From an uncultured Acidimicrobiaceae bacterium (lineage in GTDB: Bacteria > Actinomycetota > Acidimicrobiia > Acidimicrobiales > VFJN01), in the NCBI GenBank assembly GCA_964448525.1, contig CAYUXB010000004.1, positions 1 through 42,475 on the forward strand: a DNA stretch of 42,475 bases, in the 5' to 3' direction. The stretch's first letter is position 1, and the number at the start of each line of letters is the position of its first letter. Positions 24,204 through 33,964 of the stretch are shown in pieces. The notes under the pieces are model-generated. The model saw only the letters and a program-made list of their open reading frames with translations. It was not told where the DNA came from and searched no databases. The translations under genes were made by a program, and so were the position numbers.

Positions 24204-26141
24204 TCACCCCGGCTGAGTCGGTGCCGATGGAGCGGCGACCGCCGGCTCCTCCGCGAACACGGCGACGTGGTAGGCGGTTCCCTTGCCGTCGCCGGTCAGC
24301 TCGGCGATCAGCTCCTGCCCCCTCTCGATGGCTTCCTGTTGCGAGATCCGACCGGCCGACACGTCCGCGTCGAGAGCGGTGCGCTCGGCGCTCAGGGCCT
24401 CCGTCTCGGCGGCTGTCGTCGAGTGCCACTCGGCGATCATGCGCATGCCGGGGCGGGTGGCCACGTTCGCGATGAACTCGTCCCGGGACACGTGGAGCAC
24501 GACGACCTCCCGATCGGCGTCCTCGTCGTCCGAGAGGCCGTTTCCCCGGCCGCGGGACAGCGCCGCGGGGTCGACGACGCGGTGGCGGCCGTACTCGTGC
24601 ACGCGCAACTCGGTGACGCCGACATCGAAGCCCTCGCGCTCGAGTTGCAGCAGGAGGCCGCGGGCGTGCCAGGCCCCGGAGCTCGACTGATCGTTGACGA
24701 CGACGATGCCGTCGAAGCCGGACAGGTGGTCGATCACCTGGTCGGAGATAGCCCCTGTCGACACGCTGTCGCCGCTCTGCGGGGTGCCGGCCGTGGCGGC
24801 GGTGTAGACGTTGATCCCGCCGAGCAGGGTGAGCCCGGCCAGCGCGGCCGGGGGGAGGATCCGCGCTCCGGTCCGCGGCCAGCGCGCCTCGGCGAGCGTC
24901 CATCCCGCCCAGCCGATGACGACCAGGCCGATCATCCCGGGGATCAGCGTCCATCGGAGCCGGTAGTCGAAGGCGGGACCGATGGTGCGCGACACCGCCA
25001 CGACGCCCATCACGAACGTCAGGGCGAGGGTGCCGACCAGGGCCGGGCCACCGGCGACACGGCGCCGCCACAGCACGATCCCTGCCGCGACGAGCAACAG
25101 GAGCATCCACGGGAAGGGGCTGCTGTAGACGAACGGCGACTGGCCGACGAACCCCGGCGGGTGCTTGGCGATCAGCCACTCGGGCGACCCGCCGAACTGG
25201 CCCGCCATGACGCGCCACCCCTCGACCAGCGTGTGCGCCGGCTCGTCGGGGTGACGGAAGTAGTCGATCACCTGGCCGAGGTTGCTGGGGGTGTTGCGCA
25301 GGGTGTCGTAGAGCACGGGCGCCCACCCCACGAGGAGCACCACCGCACCGATGACGCCCGAGCGCACCAGCGGCCGCCACGCGAGGGGTCGGTCCCCGTC
25401 GCCCGGCTCGGCGCCAGGAGGATCCTGTGCGGCCCGCCGGCTGGCCAGCACCGAGGCGACCAGACCGACGACGCCCCAGGCGAGCAACGGCGACGCCAGG
25501 GCGACGAACCCCACGTGCGTCTGCGCCAGGAACGTGAAGACACCCGCGCCGACCGGGAACGCCCACAGCTCACCCCGCCACATCGCCCAGGTGAGGAACA
25601 CGAGCAGGCCGAAGGGCAGCGTCGTGACGAAGCAGTTCCACGGGTCCTGGAGGAACTCGCCGCCGAGCGCGCGCATCAACAGGGCGTTGGCCAGCAGGGT
25701 GATCAGCATCAGCCGCAGGCCACCGAGGCGACGGGCGACGAGGGCCATGCCCGCCACCGAGGCGCCGTTGACGGCGAGGGCCCCGATGCTGATGCTCACC
25801 GACATCCCGCCGGTCACCCAGTAGAAGGGGGCGAGCACGTAGAACAGGGCAGGCCCCGGGTGCTTCCACGTGCCGCGCGAGTAGAGACCGACCAGCACCT
25901 CGTCGTGGCCGACGCTGCGGGTCTGCAGCTCGATGAGCGCGTGGTCGGACCACGGGTGGTACTGACCGCCGACCGCGAAGAGCAGGGCGAGCGCACCGAC
26001 GACGAAGGGCACCAGCGTGACCCCGAGGGCCAGCCGGCCGACCGCGCGTTCGCTCAGCCGTCCGGTGCCCCCATCGAGCTCTGGCTCCACCGCCGTCGCC
26101 GAACGGTCAGCGGAGGGCGAGGCCTGCGTCGTCACGGTCAT
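24204..26141 (-). CDS. large polytopic membrane protein with a soluble C-terminal domain (possibly a GT-C-type glycosyltransferase)
   Basis: ATG 26141 (MTVTTQ). It has more than 10 TM segments, a first-loop motif HPWSDHALIELQ...GLYSRGTWKHPGPALFY, and a soluble C-terminus of about 190 aa. The function is only suggested. Confidence 0.7.
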   Translation of the reverse strand: MTVTTQASPSADRSATAVEPELDGGTGRLSERAVGRLALGVTLVPFVVGALALLFAVGGQYHPWSDHALIELQTRSVGHDEVLVGLYSRGTWKHPGPALFYVLAPFYWVTGGMSVSISIGALAVNGASVAGMALVARRLGGLRLMLITLLANALLMRALGGEFLQDPWNCFVTTLPFGLLVFLTWAMWRGELWAFPVGAGVFTFLAQTHVGFVALASPLLAWGVVGLVASVLASRRAAQDPPGAEPGDGDRPLAWRPLVRSGVIGAVVLLVGWAPVLYDTLRNTPSNLGQVIDYFRHPDEPAHTLVEGWRVMAGQFGGSPEWLIAKHPPGFVGQSPFVYSSPFPWMLLLLVAAGIVLWRRRVAGGPALVGTLALTFVMGVVAVSRTIGPAFDYRLRWTLIPGMIGLVVIGWAGWTLAEARWPRTGARILPPAALAGLTLLGGINVYTAATAGTPQSGDSVSTGAISDQVIDHLSGFDGIVVVNDQSSSGAWHARGLLLQLEREGFDVGVTELRVHEYGRHRVVDPAALSRGRGNGLSDDEDADREVVVLHVSRDEFIANVATRPGMRMIAEWHSTTAAETEALSAERTALDADVSAGRISQQEAIERGQELIAELTGDGKGTAYHVAVFAEEPAVAAPSAPTQPG

Positions 26142-26504
26142 AGCATCGCTTCTCCCCCACGACGTGGACCTCATCGAACGTCCGCGCCTTCCCGGGCATG
26201 TGCTGCGCCGACACAGCCGCGACGTGCGTCGACGAGGGTGCTCCATCGCGGTCAGACTGTCAACATGGCTGACATGTTCGTCAGCGACGGGACGATCAGG
26301 GTCGCCGAAGCCGTGCGGGTGGCGCGCGTCCGCACCGGCGACGTCGAGGGCGACGCCTCCTGAGGTCGCGGCGGTTCGGCTCGAAGCATGCGGTCGTGCA
26401 GGTCAGCCACCGATCTCTCGGGCGTGCAGACACTTCGCCGAATGCCCGGCTACGGTCGGTCGGACGGAGCAGAGAGTTGTCGACTCTTTCGAGAGAGGGC
26501 ATCG

Positions 26505-26807
26505 ATGAGCAACCGTCACCGCACGACCGAGGTCGTCCAGCCGCACCACGAGGAGCGGCGGACACAGGCTCGTTCTGAGCGCCACCGGGTCAACACCGCC
26601 CTGGCCGATGTCACCGGCCAGATCCTGGGTGGGGCCGAGCCCGATGACGTGATCGAGCCGGGGGTCGGCTTCCGGGCCGAGCGCCACCACGACCCGTCGA
26701 AGGCCAAGCCGTCGCAGCGACGTCGCCGCCACTGGAAGCTGAAGATGTGGAAGCGGCGCACCGCCGAGCGGCGGGCCAAGGCCGCCATCGAGCGCTCCAC
26801 CGGCTGA
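26505..26807 (+). CDS. hypothetical basic protein
   Basis: ATG 26505 follows GAGAGAGGG. 100 aa with the tail RRRRHWKLKMWKRRTAERRAKAAIE. I recognise no family. Confidence 0.5.
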   Translation: MSNRHRTTEVVQPHHEERRTQARSERHRVNTALADVTGQILGGAEPDDVIEPGVGFRAERHHDPSKAKPSQRRRRHWKLKMWKRRTAERRAKAAIERSTG

Positions 26808-26947
26808 CCGGTCACGGACCGGCAGCGCCGTCCCGACCCGGTGCTGCCGGCCGGTAGCACCCGGACCCGACCTCGGCGCCTGGGCGGCTGGCTATCCGGG
26901 CGCCGCGTGCCCGGCGCCGGCCTCGCCCGGCCCGTACCCTCGGCCTG

Positions 26948-28015
26948 ATGGACGAGGCACCGCGCGAGGTACCACCTACGATCGGTCTGCCCTGGGGCGC
27001 ACCCCTCGCCGGCCGCCTCGACGAGCACGCCTTCACCAGCACGACCCTGCGGGACAACCGGCTCGGCGACCCACACGTCCGCCCGCTCTGGGTATACCTG
27101 CCTCCCGGGTACGACGACGCGCCCGAGCAGCGCTATCCCAGCGTGTACGTGCTGCAGGGCTTCACCGGTCACCTCGCCATGTGGCGCAACCGCGCACCGT
27201 TCCGCCAGCCGTTCCCGGAGACCGCCGACGCGGCGATGGCCGCCGGCACCTGCCCGCCGGTCATCGTCGTCTACGTCGACGCCTGGACGGCGCTCGGGGG
27301 CAGCCAGTTCGTCGATTCGCCGGCCGTCGGCCGCTACCACACCTACCTCTGCGACGAGATCGTGCCGTGGGTCGACGCCCGCTACCGCACGTTGACCGAA
27401 CCCGCGCACCGGGGCGTGAGCGGCAAGTCGAGCGGCGGCTACGGCGCGATGGTCAGCGCGCTGTGGCGGCCCGATCTGTTCGGCGGCGTCGCCACCCACG
27501 CCGGCGACGCGCTGTTCGAGGTCTGCTACCCCGACAGCTTCCCGAAGGTGGTGCGTGCGCTGCGCGACGAGTACCAGGGCTCCTACGACCGGTTCTGGCA
27601 CGACCTGCACCAGCGCGTGCCGCTGTCGAAGGAGTCCGACAGCGAGCTCATCGAGACCTGGGCGTACGCGGCCGCCTACTCGGGCGACGATGACGGCGCG
27701 GTGCATCTGCCCTTCGACACCGCCACCGGCGCGCGGTTGCCCGACGTGTGGGACCGCTGGCTCGAGCACGACCCGGTCGCCATCGCCGCGGCCCGCCCCG
27801 ACGCCGCACGAGGCCTGCGCGCCGTGTGGATCGACGCCGGCACGCGGGACGAGTGGCACCTCGACCTCGGCGCGACCGCCTTCCGCGACGCCCTCCTGGC
27901 CGCGGGCCTGCCCGGCGAGCGCATGCGCTTCGAGCTGTTCCCCGCCGCGCACGGCGGCATCGACTACCGCTACCCGCTGGCGCTCAGCTGGCTCGCCGCC
28001 CGCCTGACCCCCTGA
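26948..28015 (+). CDS. esterase-family alpha/beta hydrolase (enterochelin-esterase / esterase D-like, PF00756 type)
   Basis: Contains WVYLPPGYDD..RYPSVYVLQGFTG and GVSGKSSGGYGA (GxSxG). Confidence 0.85.
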   Translation: MDEAPREVPPTIGLPWGAPLAGRLDEHAFTSTTLRDNRLGDPHVRPLWVYLPPGYDDAPEQRYPSVYVLQGFTGHLAMWRNRAPFRQPFPETADAAMAAGTCPPVIVVYVDAWTALGGSQFVDSPAVGRYHTYLCDEIVPWVDARYRTLTEPAHRGVSGKSSGGYGAMVSALWRPDLFGGVATHAGDALFEVCYPDSFPKVVRALRDEYQGSYDRFWHDLHQRVPLSKESDSELIETWAYAAAYSGDDDGAVHLPFDTATGARLPDVWDRWLEHDPVAIAAARPDAARGLRAVWIDAGTRDEWHLDLGATAFRDALLAAGLPGERMRFELFPAAHGGIDYRYPLALSWLAARLTP

Positions 28016-28093
28016 TCGCGCAGCGGCCAGCAGGGACGAGCAGCGTCGAGGATCACGCCGGTCCACGTCCCGGGTCACGACGCTCCCAGGGGT

Positions 28094-28113
28094 CCCCCAG
28101 GAGACCCTGGGGG
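28094..28113 (+). terminator. Hairpin CCCCCAGG-agac-CCTGGGGG downstream of the esterase gene
   Basis: Perfect 8-bp GC stem 79 nt after the stop. It has no U-tract. Confidence 0.3.
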
Positions 28114-28158
28114 CCGACCCCGATCCCCGTGAGGCGGAGACGGCCGTACGGTCCGCCC

Positions 28159-31038
28159 GTGAGGAACGCACCGCCACGGCCACCGTCCCGCCACCACTGT
28201 CCTGATTGCGGGACCGACCTGCTCGGCAACCGCTGCCCGGCCTGCGGGCTGGTGCCCGTCGGGCCCGACGCCGAGACCCTCTGGCGCATCGACCACGAGA
28301 TCCACCTGCTCGCCGTGCAGCGCGACGACGTGCTCCGGCGGCTGAGGGCGCTGTCCGCCCCCCGCCACGTTCCCGGCCGCAGCATCGCCCCGACCGGGAG
28401 CGCTGCGACAGGCGCCGTCGCACCGGCGCCCCAGCTCCCGCCACCGCCGCCGGCCCCGTGGCCCGGTGGCCCGGCTCGGGTCGCCGACCGACGGTCGGTC
28501 GCGGGCGGGGGCGTCAGCCTGGCGAACCTCCTACTCGGCCTGGGCAGCGCCCTCGTGGTGCTCGCCGCCGTCGTCTTCGTCGCCGTGTCGTGGGAGGACC
28601 TCACCGCGGTCACTCAGGGTTTGGTGCTGGCCGGTCTGACCGCAGCGGGCATGGCGGGCACACGGTCGCTGGTCCGTCGGGGGCTCACCGCCACGGCCGA
28701 GGCCATCGCGGTGGTCACGGTCGCGTTGCTGCCGGTCGACGCGGAGGCCGTGCGCGAGGCCGCCCGAGCCCTCGGCGTGGAGCTCGGTCCCGACGCCACG
28801 CTGATCGGCTGGTGCGTCGCCCTCGGCCTGATCGCGGTCGTGAGCCGGTGGTTCGGCCGATTCAGCGGCACACGGGCGCCGCTCGTCGCCGCCGCCCTCG
28901 CCGCGCAGGTACCGGTTCCGCTGTTCGTGATCGGCTGGCCGGTGGACGGCACGGTCGGTCTGGTCGTGATCCTTGCGCAGGCGGCGGTGACCCTGGCGGC
29001 CGTCCGCCGAACCCCGGCGACCGACCGAGCCGCCCGCTCCGTCGCCCTCGCCGGCGCCGGGCTGCTCTGGTCGACGGCGACGGTCGCCGCGTGCGCCCTC
29101 GGGGTGGACGGCGACGCCGCCGACCGGGGCACCGCAGCGCTCGTCGTGGCGCTCGCCGCCGCGGTGGCGGCGATGGTCGCGACCCTCTGGGCCGACGACG
29201 ACAGCGTCCGACCGCTCGCGGCGGGCACCGCCACCGGGGTGGCGCTGTACTCGGCTGGACTCGCCACGTCGATCGTCGCCGCGGGAGCGGCCTGGTGGGC
29301 GGCGATGGCGGCCGTGGCGGTGACCGCGGCGGCGGTGGCGGTGCGGGCCCCGCGCCGGTGGGGTGGGCCGCCGGCCGGTGTCGCCGGGGTGGTCGCGGCG
29401 GTGCTGTCGCTGCCGCTCCTCGTCGCCACGGGGACGACGGTGGTCGCTGCGCTCGACGCGGTCGACCCCGCCTGGCACCACGACGCCTGGACCTCCACCC
29501 GGGAGGTCGCGGGCGGAGCGCTCGACATCGACGGCCTCGGCGGGGGCCCCGTCCTCGCCCACCTGGTGATCTCGGCGGGCGCCGCGCTCGCGCTGTCTCC
29601 CCGCCTGGGCCGTCGTGGGGCCGCCGCCGGGCTGGCCGCGGCCGTGATGACCGGCCTCGTCCTGTTGCCCCTGCTGGTCGACGTCCCGTTGGTCGCAACC
29701 GTGTCGGTCCTGGTCGCCGGAGCGGGCGCCGCGTCCCTCGCGTTGGTCCGTTCGACCACGACGCCTGCCGCCGCCACCGCCACCGCCCGAGCGGCGGGGA
29801 CGGCGCCGCAGGCGGCGCCCTCGATGACGACTGCGCAGGTGACGACAGGGTCGGCGACGGCACCGACGGCACCGACGGGGCCGGTCGCTGCGGTCGGGTC
29901 GGTGTGTCTCGCCACCGTCGGTCTCGCCTGGGCGGCTGCCGCACCGGCGACGACCGTCGGGGCGGTGGCGGCGATCGGCGTGCTGGCCGCGGCTGTCGCG
30001 ATCGTCGCGGTCCGCGGCGGCGCCGCAACGACCAACCCGATCGCCGCGGTCCGCGGCGCCGCCACACCGATCGACCCGACCACCGGACACGACGCCACAC
30101 CGATCGACCCCACCACCGGACACGACGCCACACCGATCGACCCGACCACCGGACACGACGCCACACCGATCGACCTTGCTGGCGGGCTCGACGGCAACGC
30201 CGCGCTGGCCCACGCCGCGTCCGCCGTGGCCGTGCTGGCGTCCGTGGCCGAGGCGGGCCTGGTGGCCGCCGCTCTCGGCGCGCCGGCGGGCGGTTCCTGG
30301 ACCGCCGCCGCCCTGGTCGCCGCGGGAGCGAGCGGGATCTGCGCCGTCCTCGACCCCGCCGGCACCCGCAGAGACCTGCCGGGCGAGGTGGGTCGCTCCA
30401 CCGAGGTGGTGGCCGCGGTGCTGCACGTCGTGGCGGCCGTCGCCGTCGCGGGAACCGGCGACGGGACGCTCACGACCGTCGTGTTCGCCGTCGGCGCCGC
30501 CACCGCCGCGGTGCACGCGCTGCGTCCGGGCCGCCGCGCCGCAGCGGTCGGCGCGGCTGTCGAGGCCCTCGTGCTCGCCTGGCTGCGGCTGGCGTGGGCC
30601 CACGTCGCCGTCCCGGAGGCCTACACCCTTCCGGTCGCCGGAGTGCTGCTCGCCGCAGCGGTGGCCGCGTGGCGCGCGGGTGTCACCCGGGATCTGCCCT
30701 CGTGGACCGTGCACGGCCCCTGGCTGGTCGCCGCGGTCGCCCCCACTGCGCTGATCGCCCTCGACGACCCGGGCTTCGTCCGCCCCCTCGGCGGTCTGGT
30801 CGCCGGGGTGGCGGTCCTCGTCGCGGGGGCGGTCACCCGCACCAGGGCCGCTGTCGACGTCGGCGCGGTGACCGTCGCCGCTCTCGGGTTGCACCAGCTC
30901 AGTCCGGTGGTCGCCGCGCTCCCCAACTGGTCGACCCTCGGCACCTGCGGTCTGGTGCTGCTCGCGGTGGGCGCGACCTTCGAGCAACGGCGGCGTGACC
31001 TGGGCATCCTCCGCACCCACTACGCAGAGCTGCGCTGA
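28159..31038 (+). CDS. 959-aa polytopic membrane protein with an N-terminal zinc ribbon
   Basis: GTG 28159. HHCPDCGTDLLGNRCPACG is followed by a coiled/Pro-rich stretch and then about 20 hydrophobic segments. It may resemble the SCO7613-like membrane proteins of Streptomyces (recollection only). Confidence 0.8.
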   Translation: MRNAPPRPPSRHHCPDCGTDLLGNRCPACGLVPVGPDAETLWRIDHEIHLLAVQRDDVLRRLRALSAPRHVPGRSIAPTGSAATGAVAPAPQLPPPPPAPWPGGPARVADRRSVAGGGVSLANLLLGLGSALVVLAAVVFVAVSWEDLTAVTQGLVLAGLTAAGMAGTRSLVRRGLTATAEAIAVVTVALLPVDAEAVREAARALGVELGPDATLIGWCVALGLIAVVSRWFGRFSGTRAPLVAAALAAQVPVPLFVIGWPVDGTVGLVVILAQAAVTLAAVRRTPATDRAARSVALAGAGLLWSTATVAACALGVDGDAADRGTAALVVALAAAVAAMVATLWADDDSVRPLAAGTATGVALYSAGLATSIVAAGAAWWAAMAAVAVTAAAVAVRAPRRWGGPPAGVAGVVAAVLSLPLLVATGTTVVAALDAVDPAWHHDAWTSTREVAGGALDIDGLGGGPVLAHLVISAGAALALSPRLGRRGAAAGLAAAVMTGLVLLPLLVDVPLVATVSVLVAGAGAASLALVRSTTTPAAATATARAAGTAPQAAPSMTTAQVTTGSATAPTAPTGPVAAVGSVCLATVGLAWAAAAPATTVGAVAAIGVLAAAVAIVAVRGGAATTNPIAAVRGAATPIDPTTGHDATPIDPTTGHDATPIDPTTGHDATPIDLAGGLDGNAALAHAASAVAVLASVAEAGLVAAALGAPAGGSWTAAALVAAGASGICAVLDPAGTRRDLPGEVGRSTEVVAAVLHVVAAVAVAGTGDGTLTTVVFAVGAATAAVHALRPGRRAAAVGAAVEALVLAWLRLAWAHVAVPEAYTLPVAGVLLAAAVAAWRAGVTRDLPSWTVHGPWLVAAVAPTALIALDDPGFVRPLGGLVAGVAVLVAGAVTRTRAAVDVGAVTVAALGLHQLSPVVAALPNWSTLGTCGLVLLAVGATFEQRRRDLGILRTHYAELR
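30061..30175 (+). repeat. Perfect 33-bp tandem repeat x3.5 inside the membrane-protein CDS (ATPIDPTTGHD x3 + ATPID)
   Basis: Units lie at 30061, 30094 and 30127, with a partial unit at 30160. Units 1 and 3 are identical. Unit 2 differs by one synonymous base (CCG to CCC). Confidence 0.95.
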
Positions 31039-31155
31039 ACCTCCGCAAAGCACCACTCGGACCTGACGTCGACCTCAGCATCAAGGTGTCAGTGCGGTTA
31101 CGATCGCCGCCGGGCAGGCGGACGAAGGCCCACCGCCACGGGGGATAGGTCGAGT

Positions 31156-33126
31156 ATGCGCACGGATGACGAGGTCACGCCTCGCTCTGGCGGCCACCCA
31201 CGGTCGCTCGACGCCGACACGTTCGTGTTCGATGTCAGACATCGGGTCGTCGGATCGGCCGCGCTGGCGGTCGCCGTCGTCACCTCCGCCGGTCTGTCGT
31301 CGCTGGCCGGCGACGACCGCGACGGCTACATCCTCGCCCACTCGCTCGCCAGCGCACCGTTCCTCGTCGGGGCCCTGCTGTGCACCCGCCACGTCATCGA
31401 TCGGGGCCCGCGGCAGTACCGCACGTTCTGGCGGCGCTGGTTCAGCGCCAACCTGCTCGCCAGCGCGGCGACGATCGCCGCCATCGGGGCTGTCACGCTG
31501 CACTCCGATGCGCTGATGGTCGTGGACATGGCGCTGCTCGTGGCCGCCGTACCGTTCTGGACCTCCGCCGGGATCCAGATGCTGCGGCTGCAGGCCGGGC
31601 GGCGCAACGCCACCGTCGACATGATCGACGCCAACATGGCCCTGGTGGTGCTCAGCGCGCCGGGCGTGCTCCTGCTGGGTCAGGCCGTCGCGGACAGCGC
31701 AGACCTGATCTTCGCCGGCCCGTTCGCCCTGTTCCTCGTGCTCACGCCCGCTGGCATCTACGGCGCCATCCTCAACCTCGCCCGGGTTCCCTCCGAAGAA
31801 CGGGTCACCCAAGGTCTCGGGGTGGTTCTGATGTCGACGTTCAGCCTGAGCGTCGCACTGCAGCTCGCGCACGTCGCGGGCGGCCTCGAGCTCCCGCTCC
31901 CGGTGTTCGTCGGTGCGTTCGCCGCCAACCTCGCCATCGTGGCGGCCCTCCCGCTGTGGGCGCACCGGATGACTTCGGGCGGTCTCGGCCGACTGCCGGT
32001 CGAACGCCAGATGCGGCGAGCCAACCCGATGCCGACGATCAGCGCGATCGTGTTGCCGGGCCTGGCGCTCTACGTGCTCACGATGCGCGCCGACGACCGA
32101 TGGGCGGTCACCTACCTCGCGGTGGTGCTGCTCGTCGTGGTCGTCCTCAACGCCCTGCGCCACACGATGCTCAGCCGCGAAGCGGCCATCCTGTCGGGGG
32201 AGCTGGCCGGCATGGCCGAGGAGCGCCGCCAGCTGCTCGCCAGCATGGTGCACGCCCTCGACGACGACCGGCGGCGTACCGTGGCCGAGCTGCACACCCA
32301 GGCCGTGGGCTCCCTGTCGACGCTCGGCACCGTCGTCCAGACCGCTTGCGTGTCGCTTCCGCCGGCCACCGCCACCGTCGTGCGCGAGACGATCGCACAG
32401 CTCCAGGGCGACCTCAGCACCCGTGCCGAGGAGCTGCGCATGCTGATGGTCGCCATGCGTCCCCCGTCGTTCGGCGAGGCGGGCGCGTCCCGCGGAGGCG
32501 GCGCCGGTCGTGGGGACTCGGGCCCCGCCGACGCGACGACGCCAGGCCCCGAACGGCGCGATGACGCGCTGTCCGCCGCGCTGAGGGCCTACGCGTCCGA
32601 CCTGTGCGCGGAGCGGACCGCGGCCATGCACCCGGAGGTGCACATCGAGGTCGACCCCCGGCTCGAGCTCGACCGCAGCACGATGACGATCGTGTACCGC
32701 GTCACCCAGGAGGCGCTGCTCAACGCCGTCCGCCACGCGAAGGCCGAGCGGGTCACCGTGGCCGTCTCGCCCGACGCGCACATCGGCGGCGCCATCGCCG
32801 TGGAGGTCGCCGACGACGGCATCGGCTTCGACGTGGCGACGACCGCCGAAGGCGCCGGCCTCGCGTCGATCCGGCTGTTCACCGACCTCGGCCGTGGGGA
32901 GGTGACCCTGCGCTCCGCCCCCGGCGAGGGCACGGTGCTGCGCAGCCTGTTGGGGATGCACGACACGCGGACCCAGTCGTTGGCCTCCGCCGGCGCGGGA
33001 TCGGGGTCACCCGGCGGCGACGCCGGGCCGGGCGCGAGGCGCGACGACGTCGGGTCCTCCGCCCGGCCCGGACGCCGTCACCTGCGTCTCATCCCCCCGG
33101 CGGACGTGTCGCCCACCCCGACCTGA
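31156..33126 (+). CDS. polytopic sensor histidine kinase (HisKA_3 / NarL-class), with no response regulator nearby
   Basis: About 330-aa multi-TM N-terminus. H-box DRRRTVAELHTQAVGSL, N-box EALLNAVRHA, G-boxes DDGIGFD and GLASI. Confidence 0.85.
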   Translation: MRTDDEVTPRSGGHPRSLDADTFVFDVRHRVVGSAALAVAVVTSAGLSSLAGDDRDGYILAHSLASAPFLVGALLCTRHVIDRGPRQYRTFWRRWFSANLLASAATIAAIGAVTLHSDALMVVDMALLVAAVPFWTSAGIQMLRLQAGRRNATVDMIDANMALVVLSAPGVLLLGQAVADSADLIFAGPFALFLVLTPAGIYGAILNLARVPSEERVTQGLGVVLMSTFSLSVALQLAHVAGGLELPLPVFVGAFAANLAIVAALPLWAHRMTSGGLGRLPVERQMRRANPMPTISAIVLPGLALYVLTMRADDRWAVTYLAVVLLVVVVLNALRHTMLSREAAILSGELAGMAEERRQLLASMVHALDDDRRRTVAELHTQAVGSLSTLGTVVQTACVSLPPATATVVRETIAQLQGDLSTRAEELRMLMVAMRPPSFGEAGASRGGGAGRGDSGPADATTPGPERRDDALSAALRAYASDLCAERTAAMHPEVHIEVDPRLELDRSTMTIVYRVTQEALLNAVRHAKAERVTVAVSPDAHIGGAIAVEVADDGIGFDVATTAEGAGLASIRLFTDLGRGEVTLRSAPGEGTVLRSLLGMHDTRTQSLASAGAGSGSPGGDAGPGARRDDVGSSARPGRRHLRLIPPADVSPTPT

Positions 33127-33165
33127 CGCGGCTGCGACGCGCGCAGCGGGGGGCGAGGGCGCACC

Positions 33166-33765
33166 TCAGAGCAGGTCGAGCTCGCCGAGGCCGGCGGTGA
33201 GGAACCGCTGCGACACCTCGATGGCCTGCTCGCGGGTGATCTGATCACCCAGCCACAGCTCGCACAGGTGCAGCAGCGCGCCCATGGCCGCCGCACCGCC
33301 GGCCATGGTCACGGGCAGCGGCTGACCCGCCGGCGCGAGCAGGCCGTTGAGCTCGCCGGCCAGGCGCGCCCGCACCGCCATCGCCTGGGCCACGACGCTG
33401 GGGTCGCCCGAGCCCCACGGTTCGAGGATGATCAGGCGGTAGGCGTCGGGATGCCGTTCGAAGTAGCCGAACAGGGCGTTGATCAGGTCGGTGAGCCGGC
33501 GGTCCGGGGAGGTCGGGATGCGGACCGCGCCCCGCACGGCCTCGACCGCCTTGGTCACCAGGAGCTCCATGACCTCGCGGTACAGCTCGGGGCGACCGTC
33601 GGGGAAGTAGTGGTAGAGCAGCGTCTTCGACACGCCGGCGAGCGTGGCGACCTCGGCCAACCCCGCCTGCGTGTAGCCGCGTGCTGCGAACGTCTCCTGG
33701 GCCGCCTCGATGAGCAACGCTCGGCGTTGCTCCGGTGCGAGCCGTCTTGCCTGCGCCTCTCCCAC
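33166..33765 (-). CDS. TetR-family transcriptional regulator
   Basis: Contains RRALLIEAAQETFAARGYTQAGLAEVATLAGVSKTLLYHYF. Confidence 0.9.
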   Translation of the reverse strand: MGEAQARRLAPEQRRALLIEAAQETFAARGYTQAGLAEVATLAGVSKTLLYHYFPDGRPELYREVMELLVTKAVEAVRGAVRIPTSPDRRLTDLINALFGYFERHPDAYRLIILEPWGSGDPSVVAQAMAVRARLAGELNGLLAPAGQPLPVTMAGGAAAMGALLHLCELWLGDQITREQAIEVSQRFLTAGLGELDLL

Positions 33766-33964
33766 GATCGGTCCTTCCCATGACCTGCGCCGCCGCCTCG
33801 ACCGACGCTAACTTACCGGCGCGTCAATATAGCGGGGTCGCCGGCGCCGTGCATGACACCCCTGGGCGACCACCGGTCCCAAGCGTGCGGACAGGTGCTC
33901 GTAGCGTCGGGGCGGCGGGCGGAATCCCGCCGACCTCCGTCTCCCGCGTTGGTATCGTCCCGCG

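Noticed and set aside
23877-26363. 828-aa plus-strand ORF, with similar giants at 68..1939, 8225..9868, 26516..28444, 28206..30998, 28531..31056, 31081..32961 and 33808..35259
   Set aside because: All are Arg/Gly/Pro/Asp-rich with no motifs. They lie antisense or out of frame to genes with clear family signatures. They are the expected shadow ORFs of very GC-rich DNA.
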